From NCBI GenBank assembly GCA_900617105.1, contig UYFQ01000001.1:1302001-1366000 (forward strand): a DNA stretch of 64,000 nt, read 5' to 3'. The position numbers were made by a program, and so were the translations under genes. A model generated the notes under the pieces. The model had not been told where the DNA came from and made no database searches. It saw only the letters and a list, made by a program, of their open reading frames with translations. Positions 1-9,821 of this stretch are shown piece by piece. Each line of letters opens with the position of its first letter. The first letter of the stretch is position 1. The DNA comes from Hydrurus foetidus. Lineage: Eukaryota.

Positions 1-1034
1 GCGTACAAAATCGTGGGCACTGCGGTGCTGAAGGTGGAGAGGTAAGCGCCCAGGTTGGCATCGGTGTGCACACGCAGAGCCAAGAATTTACCGTCCTTGT
101 CCATCGCCATTTCAGCGTGGCTGACGTGGTCGCGGCCATGCGCATCAGAGAGGAAAGCCTCGCTACGGTCGCACGTCCATTTGATGCTACGGTTGAGCTG
201 CTTGGACGCCCAGGTCAGGCACACGTCTTCGGCGTAAAGGTAAATTTTGGAGCCAAAGCCACCGCCCACATCCGGTGCAATCACGCGGACTTTGTGTTCA
301 GGCAAGCCCAGCACAAACGCCGTCATCAGCAAGCGTTCGACGTGTGGGTTTTGGTTCGACACGTACAGCACGTACTCTTCGGTCGCCCGGTTGTACGAAC
401 CAATCGCGGCACGCGGCTCCATCGCGTTGGGGATAAGGCGGTTGTTGATGAGATCGAGCTTGGTGACGTGTGCGGCCGTGGCGAAAACGTTGTCTACCGC
501 GCCTTTGTCGCCAATCGACCATTTGTAGCAATGGTTGTCCGGCGCGATTTCATGCAAGGCCGTGGCTTTGGAAGCCGCGCTCACGCTGACCACCGAGGGC
601 AGCACGTCGTAGTCCACCTCCACCGCTTCGGCGGCGTTTTTGGCCTGTTCCAAGGTGCTGGCCACCACCATTGCCACGTGGTCGCCCACATAGCGCACAC
701 GGCCGATAGCGAGGATGGGGTGCATCGGCTCTTTCATCGGCGTGCCGTCGGCGGTGTTGTTGATGAGCCAGCCGCATGGCAGGCCACCCATCTTGCCTTC
801 GATGTCTTTGCCCGTGAAGATTTCCACCACACCGGGCATCGCTTTGGCCGTTGCAAGCTCTATGCTTTTGATAGCAGCATGTGCATGTGGGGAGCGCACA
901 AATACCGCATAGGTCTGGCGAGCGAGGTTGATGTCGTCGGTGTATTGGCCGGCCCCGGTCAAGAATTTGTAGTCTTCCTTGCGGCGCAAGGATTCGCCGA
1001 TATGCGGCAGTTTGGAAAAATCAGAAGCACCCAT
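1..1034 (-). CDS. Xanthine dehydrogenase/CoxL-family molybdopterin-binding large subunit (3' part outside window)
   Basis: Manual translation from ATG at 1034: MGASDFSKLPHIGESLRRKEDYKFLTGAGQYTDD...; directly downstream of a CoxS-like gene. The active-site loop lies beyond the window edge. Confidence 0.85.
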   Translation of the reverse strand, partial: MGASDFSKLPHIGESLRRKEDYKFLTGAGQYTDDINLARQTYAVFVRSPHAHAAIKSIELATAKAMPGVVEIFTGKDIEGKMGGLPCGWLINNTADGTPMKEPMHPILAIGRVRYVGDHVAMVVASTLEQAKNAAEAVEVDYDVLPSVVSVSAASKATALHEIAPDNHCYKWSIGDKGAVDNVFATAAHVTKLDLINNRLIPNAMEPRAAIGSYNRATEEYVLYVSNQNPHVERLLMTAFVLGLPEHKVRVIAPDVGGGFGSKIYLYAEDVCLTWASKQLNRSIKWTCDRSEAFLSDAHGRDHVSHAEMAMDKDGKFLALRVHTDANLGAYLSTFSTAVPTILY

Positions 1035-1057
1035 CTTTGATCTCCTTAATGTGAGGT

Positions 1058-1528
1058 TCAGGCCGCAGCCATGGCAGCCGCGCCGGTCTGCACCGCTTTG
1101 ACGATGTTTTGGTAGCCCGTGCAGCGGCACAGGTTGCCCTCCAGCAGTTCGCGGATCTCGCCCGCGCTGGCGTTGGGGTGGTTTTTGCAAAGGTCGATGG
1201 AACTCATCACCATACCGGGTGTGCAGTAGCCGCATTGCAGGCCGTGGCATTCTTTGAACGCCGCCTGCATCGGGTGCATGGTGCCGTCAGCAGCCGCTAA
1301 GCCTTCGATGGTGCTGACCTCCGCGCCCTCGTGCTGCACGGCCAGCGTGTTGCATGATTTGATGGCACGGCCATTGACGATGACGGTACACGCGCCACAC
1401 TGCGCCGTGTCGCAACCCACATGGGTGCCGGTCAGTTGGAGGTGTTCGCGCAGCACCTGCACGAGCAAGGTGTTAGGGGGAACGTCAACACTGGCGGCGC
1501 GGCCATTGACTTTAAGGTTTACCTGCAT
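1058..1528 (-). CDS. (2Fe-2S)-binding small subunit, CoxS/CutS family
   Basis: [20 protein letters not shown] and NLCRCTGY motifs; start MQVNLKVNG. Confidence 0.92.
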   Translation of the reverse strand: MQVNLKVNGRAASVDVPPNTLLVQVLREHLQLTGTHVGCDTAQCGACTVIVNGRAIKSCNTLAVQHEGAEVSTIEGLAAADGTMHPMQAAFKECHGLQCGYCTPGMVMSSIDLCKNHPNASAGEIRELLEGNLCRCTGYQNIVKAVQTGAAAMAAA

Positions 1529-1664
1529 GGTGGGGTCTCCGTGGGGGGATTGAAGAAACGCTGTTGTGTCTGCGCTGCCATTGTTGGATGCACCTGTCTG
1601 CACACGACTAGGCGAAACCCTAGGAGAATGCAGCAAGCCACGGGATATTCTCAATATTGAACAT

Positions 1665-2849
1665 ATGCAAACCCTCGCCACCCCATCCTCATCAGATCGA
1701 CTCCAGCACATCCACACAGCGCGCATGGCACTGTTACCCGATGACAACAAAACCCGTGCGGTGCCCGCTGGCACGCCCGGCCTGACGCACAGAGGCCATG
1801 CAGGCCTTGATCCGTGGATAGAGCGGTCTTGGCAACGTTGCTTGGCCCAGGGGAAACGCCCTGGCGATCACCTCGTATTTGATGCCGTCAGCAGCGAGAT
1901 GACGCGGCGTGTGGTGGAGGCGAGTCGCCACTTGCTGTTGGCCGCCCGCCCCGTGCTGGGGCAATTGGCCCATGCCATGGCCCACACCCGCTACTTTGCC
2001 ATTTTGACCAACGCAGACGGTATCGTGGTGGACGTGAACGGCCCCGTAGACTACAACGACCGCCGCGCCAACCTCATCACCCGTGTAGGTGTGGATTTGT
2101 CTGAACGCGCCGTCGGCACCACCGCCATTGGTGTCGCTTTAGGCGAACAGCAACCCGTATGGCTGCACCGAGGCGAGCATTTTTACGCCGACAACAGCGC
2201 CTACAGCTGCGCCGGTGCGCCCGTGTTCGGCCCCAATGGCCAGTGCGTAGGCATGCTGGACTTAACCGGCATCGACGCGCCCGAGCGCCCTGAGCTGAAA
2301 CACCTCGTCAGCCAGTGCGCTCAACGCATCGAAAACGGACTGCTGCGCCAGCAACCCTTCGCCCTCCTGGTAAGGCTCAGTTGGCCTCAAGCAGACTGGG
2401 GAATGGGAGGCAATGGTGGCGGTGAAAGCGACGGTCTGATTGGCGTGGACAACGAAGGCTTCGTCACCGGCTCTAACACCGCCGCCCGTCAAATGCTGCC
2501 CCAACTGAATACCCAGACGCGCCTGGAGGCCAGCAACACCCATTGCAGCGACCTCTTCGCCATGCCCTGGGAAAGCCTCTTTGATGCAGCGCTTTTAGGC
2601 GCCGCAGCCATTGAAGTCCCCCTGTGGTCAGGCCTGCGCCTGCAAGCCCTGCCCCTGGCCGCCGAAGCCGCCAACAGACCCCACACCACAGCGCCCCAGC
2701 GCAGTGGCAATGCCTCTTTGCGCGAAGTAGAAACTGTGCTGATCCGCAAAGCGGTCGATCAAGCCAAAGGCAATGTGGCGCAGGCCGCACGGGCACTGGG
2801 GATCAGCCGGGCCACGGTGTACCGCAAGCTGAACAGCCGGGCAACATAG
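1665..2849 (+). CDS. GAF domain + Fis-type HTH transcriptional regulator (AcoR-like, no AAA+ domain seen)
   Basis: IERSWQRC...VGTTAIG GAF region; C-terminal [21 protein letters not shown]; divergent from the cox-like genes; start uncertain. Confidence 0.8.
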   Translation: MQTLATPSSSDRLQHIHTARMALLPDDNKTRAVPAGTPGLTHRGHAGLDPWIERSWQRCLAQGKRPGDHLVFDAVSSEMTRRVVEASRHLLLAARPVLGQLAHAMAHTRYFAILTNADGIVVDVNGPVDYNDRRANLITRVGVDLSERAVGTTAIGVALGEQQPVWLHRGEHFYADNSAYSCAGAPVFGPNGQCVGMLDLTGIDAPERPELKHLVSQCAQRIENGLLRQQPFALLVRLSWPQADWGMGGNGGGESDGLIGVDNEGFVTGSNTAARQMLPQLNTQTRLEASNTHCSDLFAMPWESLFDAALLGAAAIEVPLWSGLRLQALPLAAEAANRPHTTAPQRSGNASLREVETVLIRKAVDQAKGNVAQAARALGISRATVYRKLNSRAT

Positions 2850-2871
2850 CACCCTGGCATCCTCTCACCTC

Positions 2872-3804
2872 TTAATACCGCTCAGGCACCATGATGTCCG
2901 CCGATACCTCGTTGCGGATGTAGTCCTCATGCCGCACCCGCGCCGGCAAATGCACAGCCGGGTGCTCTACCTCCTGGTAGGGCATTTGATCGAGCAAGTG
3001 GTGGATGCAGTTCAGCCGGGCTTTTTTCTTGTCCACAGCTTGCACCACCCACCAAGGCGCTTCGGGGATGTGGGTGCGCTCCAGCATGGTCTCTTTGGCC
3101 TTGGTGTAGTCCTCCCAGCGCACACGGGATTCAAGATCCATAGGGCTCAATTTCCACTGTTTCAGCGGGTCGTGGATGCGGCCTAAGAAGCGCAGATGCT
3201 GCTCATCGTCGGTGATCGAAAACCAGTATTTGATGAGTTGAATGCCAGAGCGCACCAGCATTTTTTCAAACTCTGGCACCGAGCGAAAGAACTCTTCGTA
3301 CTCTTCGTCGTTGCAAAAGCCCATCACCCGCTCGACACCAGCACGGTTGTACCAGCTGCGGTCAAACAGCACCATCTCGCCTGCTGCGGGCAGGTGCGAG
3401 ATGTAGCGCTGAAAGTACCACTGCGTGCGTTCGCGATCGTTCGGGGCGGGCAAGGCCGCCACACGGGCAACGCGGGGGTTGAGGCGCTGGGTGATGCGTT
3501 TGATAACGCCCCCTTTGCCCGCAGCGTCGCGCCCTTCAAACAAAATCACCACCTTGTGCTTGCTGCGCACCACCCAGTCTTGCAGCTTGACCAGCTCGCC
3601 TTGCAGGCGAAACAGTTCCTGGAAATACTGGCGGCGGGCGGATTTTTCGGAGTCCGTGCGGGGATGGCCGCCCGCGTCAGTCAGCTCGTCAACGGTGCGG
3701 TCTTCGAGTTCCATTTCCAGCTCTTCGTCGTAGCCGTCCATCAGGTCACGGCGGATACGGCGGATCAGGTCGTCGTGCGAGGAATCCAAGGTGTCAAAAC
3801 TCAT
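2872..3804 (-). CDS. ppk2: Polyphosphate kinase 2
   Basis: FEGRDAAGKGG, DRSWYNRAGVERVMGF, WKLSPMD. Confidence 0.95.
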   Translation of the reverse strand: MSFDTLDSSHDDLIRRIRRDLMDGYDEELEMELEDRTVDELTDAGGHPRTDSEKSARRQYFQELFRLQGELVKLQDWVVRSKHKVVILFEGRDAAGKGGVIKRITQRLNPRVARVAALPAPNDRERTQWYFQRYISHLPAAGEMVLFDRSWYNRAGVERVMGFCNDEEYEEFFRSVPEFEKMLVRSGIQLIKYWFSITDDEQHLRFLGRIHDPLKQWKLSPMDLESRVRWEDYTKAKETMLERTHIPEAPWWVVQAVDKKKARLNCIHHLLDQMPYQEVEHPAVHLPARVRHEDYIRNEVSADIMVPERY

Positions 3805-3949
3805 GGTGGTGTGCGGGGTGGCGCGAACAGTAGATAGACTTGCCAGCTTGCCCATCCGGTGTGACACCTTGATGACAAACCATAAAAACATGCGAATTAC
3901 CTGTCATGGCGTACTATCAACGCTCCTATTTTTGCAAGCCAACTGCACC

Positions 3950-4708
3950 ATGAAACTGCTTTTTTCCAGCGTTTTGATGTTTTTCACGGTGGCCATCAGC
4001 CAGGTTCAAACCGTTCAAGCCGCCGAGGTCAGCGTTGCCGTGGCAGCGAACTTTGCCGCCCCTATGCAAAAAATTGCCGCCGCCTTCGCCCAAGACACCG
4101 GCCACAAAGCGGTGCTGTCCATCGGCTCCACCGGCAAGTTCTACACACAAATCAAAAGCGGGGCCCCCTTCCAGATCCTGCTCTCTGCCGACGATGAAAC
4201 CCCAGCCCGGCTTGAAAAAGAAGGTTTAGGTGTACCGAACACCCGCTTCACCTACGCCATAGGCCGCTTGGTGCTGTGGAGCACCGACGCCAAACTGGTG
4301 GATGGTCGCCCCGAGATTTTGAAAACCGGTGATTTCAAACACATCGCCATCGCCAACCCCAAGCTCGCCCCCTACGGCGCTGCGGCCATGCAAACGCTTG
4401 AGAAACTGGGCCTGTCGCAGCAGCTCCAAAGCCGTGTGGTGCAAGGGGAAAACATCGCGCAAACCTACCAGTTCGTCGCCACCGGCAATGCGCCACTCGG
4501 CTTTGTCGCACTCTCGCAGGTGATGGTGGAGGGGCAGATGGGCGCAGGCTCGTTCTGGCTGGTGCCGCCCTCCATGCACGAGGCCATTCGGCAAGATGCG
4601 CTGCTGCTGACCACAGGGCGCGACAACCCGGCGGCGCTGGCCTTGATGCAGTACCTGAAAAGCGACAAAGCCCGCGCGGTGATTCGCGCCAGCGGTTACG
4701 TTTTGTAA
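3950..4708 (+). CDS. modA: Molybdate ABC transporter substrate-binding protein
   Basis: Signal peptide, VAVAANF, GSTGK, NPKLAPYG. Confidence 0.93.
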   Translation: MKLLFSSVLMFFTVAISQVQTVQAAEVSVAVAANFAAPMQKIAAAFAQDTGHKAVLSIGSTGKFYTQIKSGAPFQILLSADDETPARLEKEGLGVPNTRFTYAIGRLVLWSTDAKLVDGRPEILKTGDFKHIAIANPKLAPYGAAAMQTLEKLGLSQQLQSRVVQGENIAQTYQFVATGNAPLGFVALSQVMVEGQMGAGSFWLVPPSMHEAIRQDALLLTTGRDNPAALALMQYLKSDKARAVIRASGYVL

Positions 4709-4715
4709 GCGCACC

Positions 4716-5396
4716 ATGTTCAGCCCCGAAGACCTCACAGCCATTGGCCTCACACTCAGATTAGCCAGCGTCACCACCTTGGTGCTGATGCTGCTGGCTA
4801 CACCACTGGCTTGGTGGCTGGCACGCACGCACTCGCCGTGGCGCACCCCCATCGGGGCGGTGGTGGCGCTGCCGCTGGTATTGCCGCCCACGGTGATCGG
4901 GTTTTACCTGTTGATCGCCATGGGCCCCCACGGTGCCATCGGCCAGTGGACGCAGGCTTGGGGGCTGGGCACCCTGCCCTTCACGTTTGCGGGCTTGCTC
5001 ATCGGCTCGGTGCTGTACACGCTGCCCTTTGCGGTGCAACCGCTGCAAAACGCTTTCGAGGCCATCGGCGAGCGCCCGCTGGAAGTCGCCGCCACGCTGG
5101 GGGCTGGCCCGTGGGACCGCTTTTTCAGCGTGGTGCTACCGCTGGCCCGACCCGGCTTCATCACCGCTGCGGTGCTGAGCTTTGCCCACACCGTGGGGGA
5201 ATTCGGCGTGGTGCTGATGCTGGGCGGCAACATCCCCGGTGTGACGCGGGTCGTGTCAGTGCAAATTTACGACCACGTAGAAGCGCTGGAATTCGCTGAG
5301 GCTCACCGGCTGGCCGCGCTGATGCTGGTTTTTTCGTTTGCAGTGTTGCTGGGCTTGAATGTGCTGAACCGGCGACGTGCCAGGGCGGCGGCATGA
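4716..5396 (+). CDS. modB: Molybdate ABC transporter permease
   Basis: LPLVLPPTVIGFYLL, FAHTVGEFGVVLMLGGNIPG. Confidence 0.95.
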   Translation: MFSPEDLTAIGLTLRLASVTTLVLMLLATPLAWWLARTHSPWRTPIGAVVALPLVLPPTVIGFYLLIAMGPHGAIGQWTQAWGLGTLPFTFAGLLIGSVLYTLPFAVQPLQNAFEAIGERPLEVAATLGAGPWDRFFSVVLPLARPGFITAAVLSFAHTVGEFGVVLMLGGNIPGVTRVVSVQIYDHVEALEFAEAHRLAALMLVFSFAVLLGLNVLNRRRARAAA

Positions 5397-6547
5397 GCCT
5401 TGACACTGGCGTTCGCGCGAACTTCAAACTCAGCCGCCTCGGCTTCACGCTGGACGTGGATGTGACCCTGCCGGGTCGCGGCATCAGCGTGTTGTACGGT
5501 GCGTCAGGCTCAGGCAAAACCAGTCTGCTGCGCTGCGTAGCGGGGCTGGAGAGGGCACAAAGTGGCTTTTTAGAGGTGGCCGGTGAAGTCTGGCAAGACA
5601 GCCATGCCAAAAAGTGGCTGCCTACCCACCAGCGCCCGCTGGGCTACGTCTTCCAAGAGGCCAGCTTGTTCACCCACCTGGACGTGAAGGCCAATTTGGC
5701 TTACGGCTACCGCAGGGCGCAACGTGGCCTCGCCACGCACCAACGCCACCCTCCCCCGCTCTCGATGCCATTTTCAATGCATTTTTCGATGGAAAGCGCC
5801 ATCGAATTGCTAGGCATCGGCCACCTGCTTGACCGCTACAGCACCACGCTCTCCGGCGGCGAACGCCAGCGCGTCGCCATCGCCCGCGCCCTGGCCACCA
5901 ACCCGCGCCTGCTGCTGCTGGACGAGCCCCTGGCCGCCCTGGACACCGCCCGCAAGCAAGACATCCTGCCCTGGCTGGAAAAGCTGCGCGACACGCTGGA
6001 CATCCCCATGCTCTACGTCAGCCACGCCGCTGACGAGGTGGCGCGGCTGGCCGATACGCTGGTGGTGCTGGAACAGGGCCGCGTGCGTGCCTGCGGTGCG
6101 GTGGGCGACGTGATGGCGCGGCTGGATTTGCCGATGGCGCTGGGCGATGACGCTAGCGTATTAATAGCTGGAAACATCCACCAGATAAGCGATGAATGGC
6201 ATTTATGCCTGATCGCTTTCCCTGGCGGGCAACTGTGGGTGCGAGCAACACCCAACCCCGTCGCAGGCCGCACCGTGCGCTTGCGCGTGCTGGCCAGCGA
6301 TGTCAGCATCGCAACCAAAGAACCCGCGCCCGGCAGCAGCAGCATTCAAAACCTGTTGCCCTGCACCGTCAGCGCCATCCGTGACGACAGCCACCCGGCG
6401 CAAGCGGTGGTGCAACTGCGGCTGCACACTGAAACGGGGGAGGCGTTCATGCTGTCACGCATCACACGTCGCGCGGCGCACACCTTGGGGCTGTGCGTGG
6501 GGATGCCTGTGTGGGCACAGGTGAAGTCGGCGGCGTTGATGGATTGA
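5393..6547 (+). CDS. modC: Molybdate ABC transporter ATP-binding protein
   Basis: GASGSGKT, LSGGERQR, C-terminal TOBE/Mop-like region ending AQVKSAAL. Confidence 0.95.
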   Translation: MSLDTGVRANFKLSRLGFTLDVDVTLPGRGISVLYGASGSGKTSLLRCVAGLERAQSGFLEVAGEVWQDSHAKKWLPTHQRPLGYVFQEASLFTHLDVKANLAYGYRRAQRGLATHQRHPPPLSMPFSMHFSMESAIELLGIGHLLDRYSTTLSGGERQRVAIARALATNPRLLLLDEPLAALDTARKQDILPWLEKLRDTLDIPMLYVSHAADEVARLADTLVVLEQGRVRACGAVGDVMARLDLPMALGDDASVLIAGNIHQISDEWHLCLIAFPGGQLWVRATPNPVAGRTVRLRVLASDVSIATKEPAPGSSSIQNLLPCTVSAIRDDSHPAQAVVQLRLHTETGEAFMLSRITRRAAHTLGLCVGMPVWAQVKSAALMD

Positions 6548-6571
6548 AAAACCGGCAAAAAATCGATTCAA

Positions 6572-7402
6572 TTACGGCTTCACTGCATTCGGAAAAAACA
6601 ACTGATCGCTACCGATTTTGTAGCTCGCAATGCTGTTCTGGCCTGCGTTAGAGACCACCCAGTCCACAAATTTTTGCGCCTCTGCCACCTTCACATGCGG
6701 GTGCCGGGCTGGGTTGACCACCATCACGCCGTACTGGTTGAAAAGCTTGGTGTCGCCCTCCACCAAGATGACCAAATCACCCCGGTTTTTGAAGCTGAGC
6801 CAAGTTCCCCTGTCCGTCAGCGCATAGGCATTGCTGGCGCTGGCGATGTTCAGCGCCGGGCCCATGCCGCAGCCGCATTCTTTGTAGCCGCTGCCTTTGT
6901 TCGCATCTTGTCCCGCAGTCTTCCAGTAGCGCAATTCGGCTGCGTGGGTGCCGCTTTTGTCGCCGCGTGAGATGAAGGCGGCGTTGCTGGTGGCGAGCTT
7001 TTTGAGGGCCGCCACCACGTCACGGCCTTGGACAGCAGCGGGGTCAGCTTTGGGCCCAACGAGGACGAAATCGTTGTACATCACGGGATAGCGCTTCAGG
7101 CTGAAACCCTCGGTGACGAATTTTTCTTCAGCGGCTTGGTCGTGGACGAACAAGACATCCGCATCCCCCCGTCGCCCCATGTCCAGCGCTTGGCCCGTCC
7201 CCAAAGCCACCACTTTCACATCAATGCCGGTGGCTTTTTTGAAATCAGGCAACAGGTGCGCAAACAGCCCCGATTGCTCGGTGGACGTGGTCGAGGCCAT
7301 CGTGAGGGTCTGTGCCGCAGCACCACCAATTGCTATTGTATTAATAGCTGTCACCACCGATATAACAAGCGATAAAGCCTTAATTCTCTTAAAAAAAATC
7401 AC
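6572..7402 (-). CDS. tupA: Tungstate ABC transporter substrate-binding protein
   Basis: STTSTEQSGL (TTTS-type motif), SRGDKSGTH, MYNDFVLVGP. Confidence 0.9.
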   Translation of the reverse strand: MIFFKRIKALSLVISVVTAINTIAIGGAAAQTLTMASTTSTEQSGLFAHLLPDFKKATGIDVKVVALGTGQALDMGRRGDADVLFVHDQAAEEKFVTEGFSLKRYPVMYNDFVLVGPKADPAAVQGRDVVAALKKLATSNAAFISRGDKSGTHAAELRYWKTAGQDANKGSGYKECGCGMGPALNIASASNAYALTDRGTWLSFKNRGDLVILVEGDTKLFNQYGVMVVNPARHPHVKVAEAQKFVDWVVSNAGQNSIASYKIGSDQLFFPNAVKP

Positions 7403-8889
7403 ACCAACTCTCCTTTGACAAACAAAGCCGCCGCCTGCGAGGTTTGGGCCAGCAGGGTGCGGTCAAAAAACGCTGCCACGGGCAAATCAGCCAGCACATG
7501 GCCGCGTTCCAGGTAGATAACACGGGTTGCCAAGCGCTTGACTTGGCCAAGATTATGGCTGGCAAACACCAGGGTGATGCCGTCTTGCGCCAACTCGGCC
7601 ATCAGCGCTTCCACCTCGCGCTTGGCGTGCGGGTCAAGGTTGGCGGTGGGCTCGTCCAGCAACAGCACATCGGGCTTGAGGCTCCAGGCACGGGCCAGCG
7701 CGAGGCGTTGCTGCTGTCCGCCTGAGAGGGTGCGGGCAGGCCGCTCAGCGATGGCACTCAAACCTACGCGCGCTAAAGCTCGCAAAGCCAGTGCGTTAGC
7801 ACTTTGATGGCTTGAACCCAACAGCCCCAAGCCCAAAGCCACGTTCAACCGACAGTTGACGCGCAGCATGTGGGGACGCTGGAACAGCATGGCTTGGTGC
7901 AGCTCAGCACGAAGGGTCACACGGCCCGCAGCAGGCGTCCGCAAGCCGTGCAGCAGACGTAACAGACTGCTTTTTCCAGAGCCATTGGCCCCCACTAGCG
8001 CCACGTGCTCACCAGCGGCAATCTGCAACGTGGTGGCGTTCAGAGCGGGTACACCGTCGTAATTCAGGGATGCGCCCTCCAGGGTCAACAAAGGGCCAGA
8101 AAGCACTGGGGACGGTTTGGGGCGGGTCGCCTCAGCCAGCTGCACACTTTGCACACTTTGCAATACCGTGGGTTCAGGGTTTGCCACCTCGCTGGCCACC
8201 TCCTGTGTGCGTTGCCACCGCCGCAGCGCTGCGATCAACAGGTTCAGCAGCAGCACCACCAGCAACAGCAACAACCCCAGCGCCAGCGCCAGCGGCAAAT
8301 CACCTTTGCTGGTTTCCAGTGCAATCGCTGTGGTCATCACGCGGGTAAAGCCGTCAATGTTGCCACCCACCACCATCACCGCGCCCACCTCAGACACGGC
8401 ACGCCCAAAAGCGGCAATCAACACGGTCAAGAGGGCGTAACGCTCGTCAAAAGCGAGCAGCACACTGCGCAGCAGCGGCCCAGCGCCGAGCGATTGCAGC
8501 TGCTCGCCATGTGCGGCATCGGCATCTTCCACCGTCTGCCGGGTCAACGCCGTGACCATAGGCAGCACCAGCACAGCCTGCGCCAACACCATCGCCTTGA
8601 AGGAAAACAACCACCCCAGCCCGCCCAACGGGCCAGAGCGCGACAGCAGCAGGTAAACCAGCAAACCCACCACCACGGAAGGCAAGGCCAGCAATGTGTT
8701 CAGCACCATCAGCACCGCCCCTCGCCCGGCAAACCGCGCCACGCCCAGCCACGCCCCGAGCAGCAACCCCAAGCTGCAAGCCAGCACGCAAGCCGTCGCG
8801 CTGACGGCCAGGGAGCGGCCCACGATGGCCAGCAGCAGCGGGTCGAAGCTGGTAATCAGGTGCAGTGCGGTGAAGAGGCTGTCAAGCAT
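7399..8889 (-). CDS. tupB: Fused tungstate ABC permease + ATP-binding protein (TupB-TupC)
   Basis: N-half: EVGAVMVVGGNIDGFTRVMTTAIALETSKG permease; C-half: GANGSGKS, LSGGQQQR, LLLDEPT; one open frame. Confidence 0.85.
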   Translation of the reverse strand: MLDSLFTALHLITSFDPLLLAIVGRSLAVSATACVLACSLGLLLGAWLGVARFAGRGAVLMVLNTLLALPSVVVGLLVYLLLSRSGPLGGLGWLFSFKAMVLAQAVLVLPMVTALTRQTVEDADAAHGEQLQSLGAGPLLRSVLLAFDERYALLTVLIAAFGRAVSEVGAVMVVGGNIDGFTRVMTTAIALETSKGDLPLALALGLLLLLVVLLLNLLIAALRRWQRTQEVASEVANPEPTVLQSVQSVQLAEATRPKPSPVLSGPLLTLEGASLNYDGVPALNATTLQIAAGEHVALVGANGSGKSSLLRLLHGLRTPAAGRVTLRAELHQAMLFQRPHMLRVNCRLNVALGLGLLGSSHQSANALALRALARVGLSAIAERPARTLSGGQQQRLALARAWSLKPDVLLLDEPTANLDPHAKREVEALMAELAQDGITLVFASHNLGQVKRLATRVIYLERGHVLADLPVAAFFDRTLLAQTSQAAALFVKGELV

Positions 8890-8907
8890 GTTGAGCTAAG
8901 ACGCATG

Positions 8908-9360
8908 TGTCCGCGCCGACTGAAGAATGAGCCACCCTGCGGATCCAATAATGAGCCAGGGCGGGTTGCTGAATTTGGAATCAGCACCTGTGGTTAAGTG
9001 TACTCAATTGCTGGTTTTTGCTTGAGTTTCCTTGCATTCAATGGCGAGCGTGGGGCAAGGCAACGCAGGGCTTAGCCCGTAGCGGATTGCCCCCCTGCTC
9101 ACGCGCCCTCAGAAAGGCTCATCAAGCTCCTGTGTGGTGGGTTCTGTGGTGGCCTTTGCTGGTGCTGCGCTCACATTCTCTGGCCTTGCTGCGCGTCTTC
9201 GCCGCCGTGGTGCCGTGCCTAAACCGATGCGACTTTTTGCCCGCCTCCACGATGTGGCAATGGTGGGTGAGCCTGTCCAGCGGGGCCATCGTCATCTTGG
9301 CATCTCCAAACACCGCCGACCAATCCGAGAAACTCAGGTTGGTGGAGAGCAAGTGAAACG
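8908..9360 (-). mobile_element. IS21-family remnant: right end plus 3' fragment of istB
   Basis: Fragment LSTNLSFSDWSAVFGDAKMTMAPLDRLTHHCHIVEAGKKSHRF matches the IstB C-terminus; terminal TGTCCGCGCCGAC at 8908 followed by repeated AATGAGCCA (8926, 8950). Confidence 0.8.
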
Positions 9361-9544
9361 CCGACACCTGGTTTTATTTGCAGCAGTGGGCAGCTTCGCA
9401 CCCGCAAGCAAGACCTCGAAAAAGAGCTAAAACCACCTCAGCTCTAGATCGTGGCCTTGTAGCCGCCATCGGCCAAAAAGTAGCTGCACAACAGCCAAAA
9501 CCAGCAGCCAAGACAGCCAAAAAGTGAAGGTGTAGACTCACATC

Positions 9545-9799
9545 ATGGAAATTGAAATTTACAACGCATTTGTTAAAGCCGGTCTTGATTCTGCTGAGGC
9601 TAAAGCCGCTGTCGAATCCATCAACAAAGAGATTGACAAGCGTTACAGCATCCACAAAGACCCGTTGACAACCAAGTCCGATTTGGCTGAATTGGAAAAC
9701 CGTCTACTACGCGCAATGGCCGATATGCAGCGCTGGACGCTTACCGCCATTTTTGCAGGAATGGGCGCTGTAGCCGTAATTACCAAGCTTTGGCACTGA
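9545..9799 (+). CDS. Small coiled-coil protein with C-terminal TM helix (DUF1640/CCDC90-like, often phage-associated)
   Basis: AFVKAGLDSAEAKA...LTTKSDLAELENRL...WTLTAIFAGMG pattern. Confidence 0.6.
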   Translation: MEIEIYNAFVKAGLDSAEAKAAVESINKEIDKRYSIHKDPLTTKSDLAELENRLLRAMADMQRWTLTAIFAGMGAVAVITKLWH

Positions 9800-9821
9800 T
9801 CACACACACAAAACCGCTCTA

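Noticed and set aside
1..1034. Calling this a true (form I) aerobic CO dehydrogenase
   Set aside because: The diagnostic active-site loop is outside the window, so only a family-level call is supported.
66..1040. 324-aa plus-strand ORF and similar long antisense ORFs (e.g. 20621-21709, 34757-35986, 47403-48425)
   Set aside because: Shadow frames of real genes on the other strand in GC-rich DNA.
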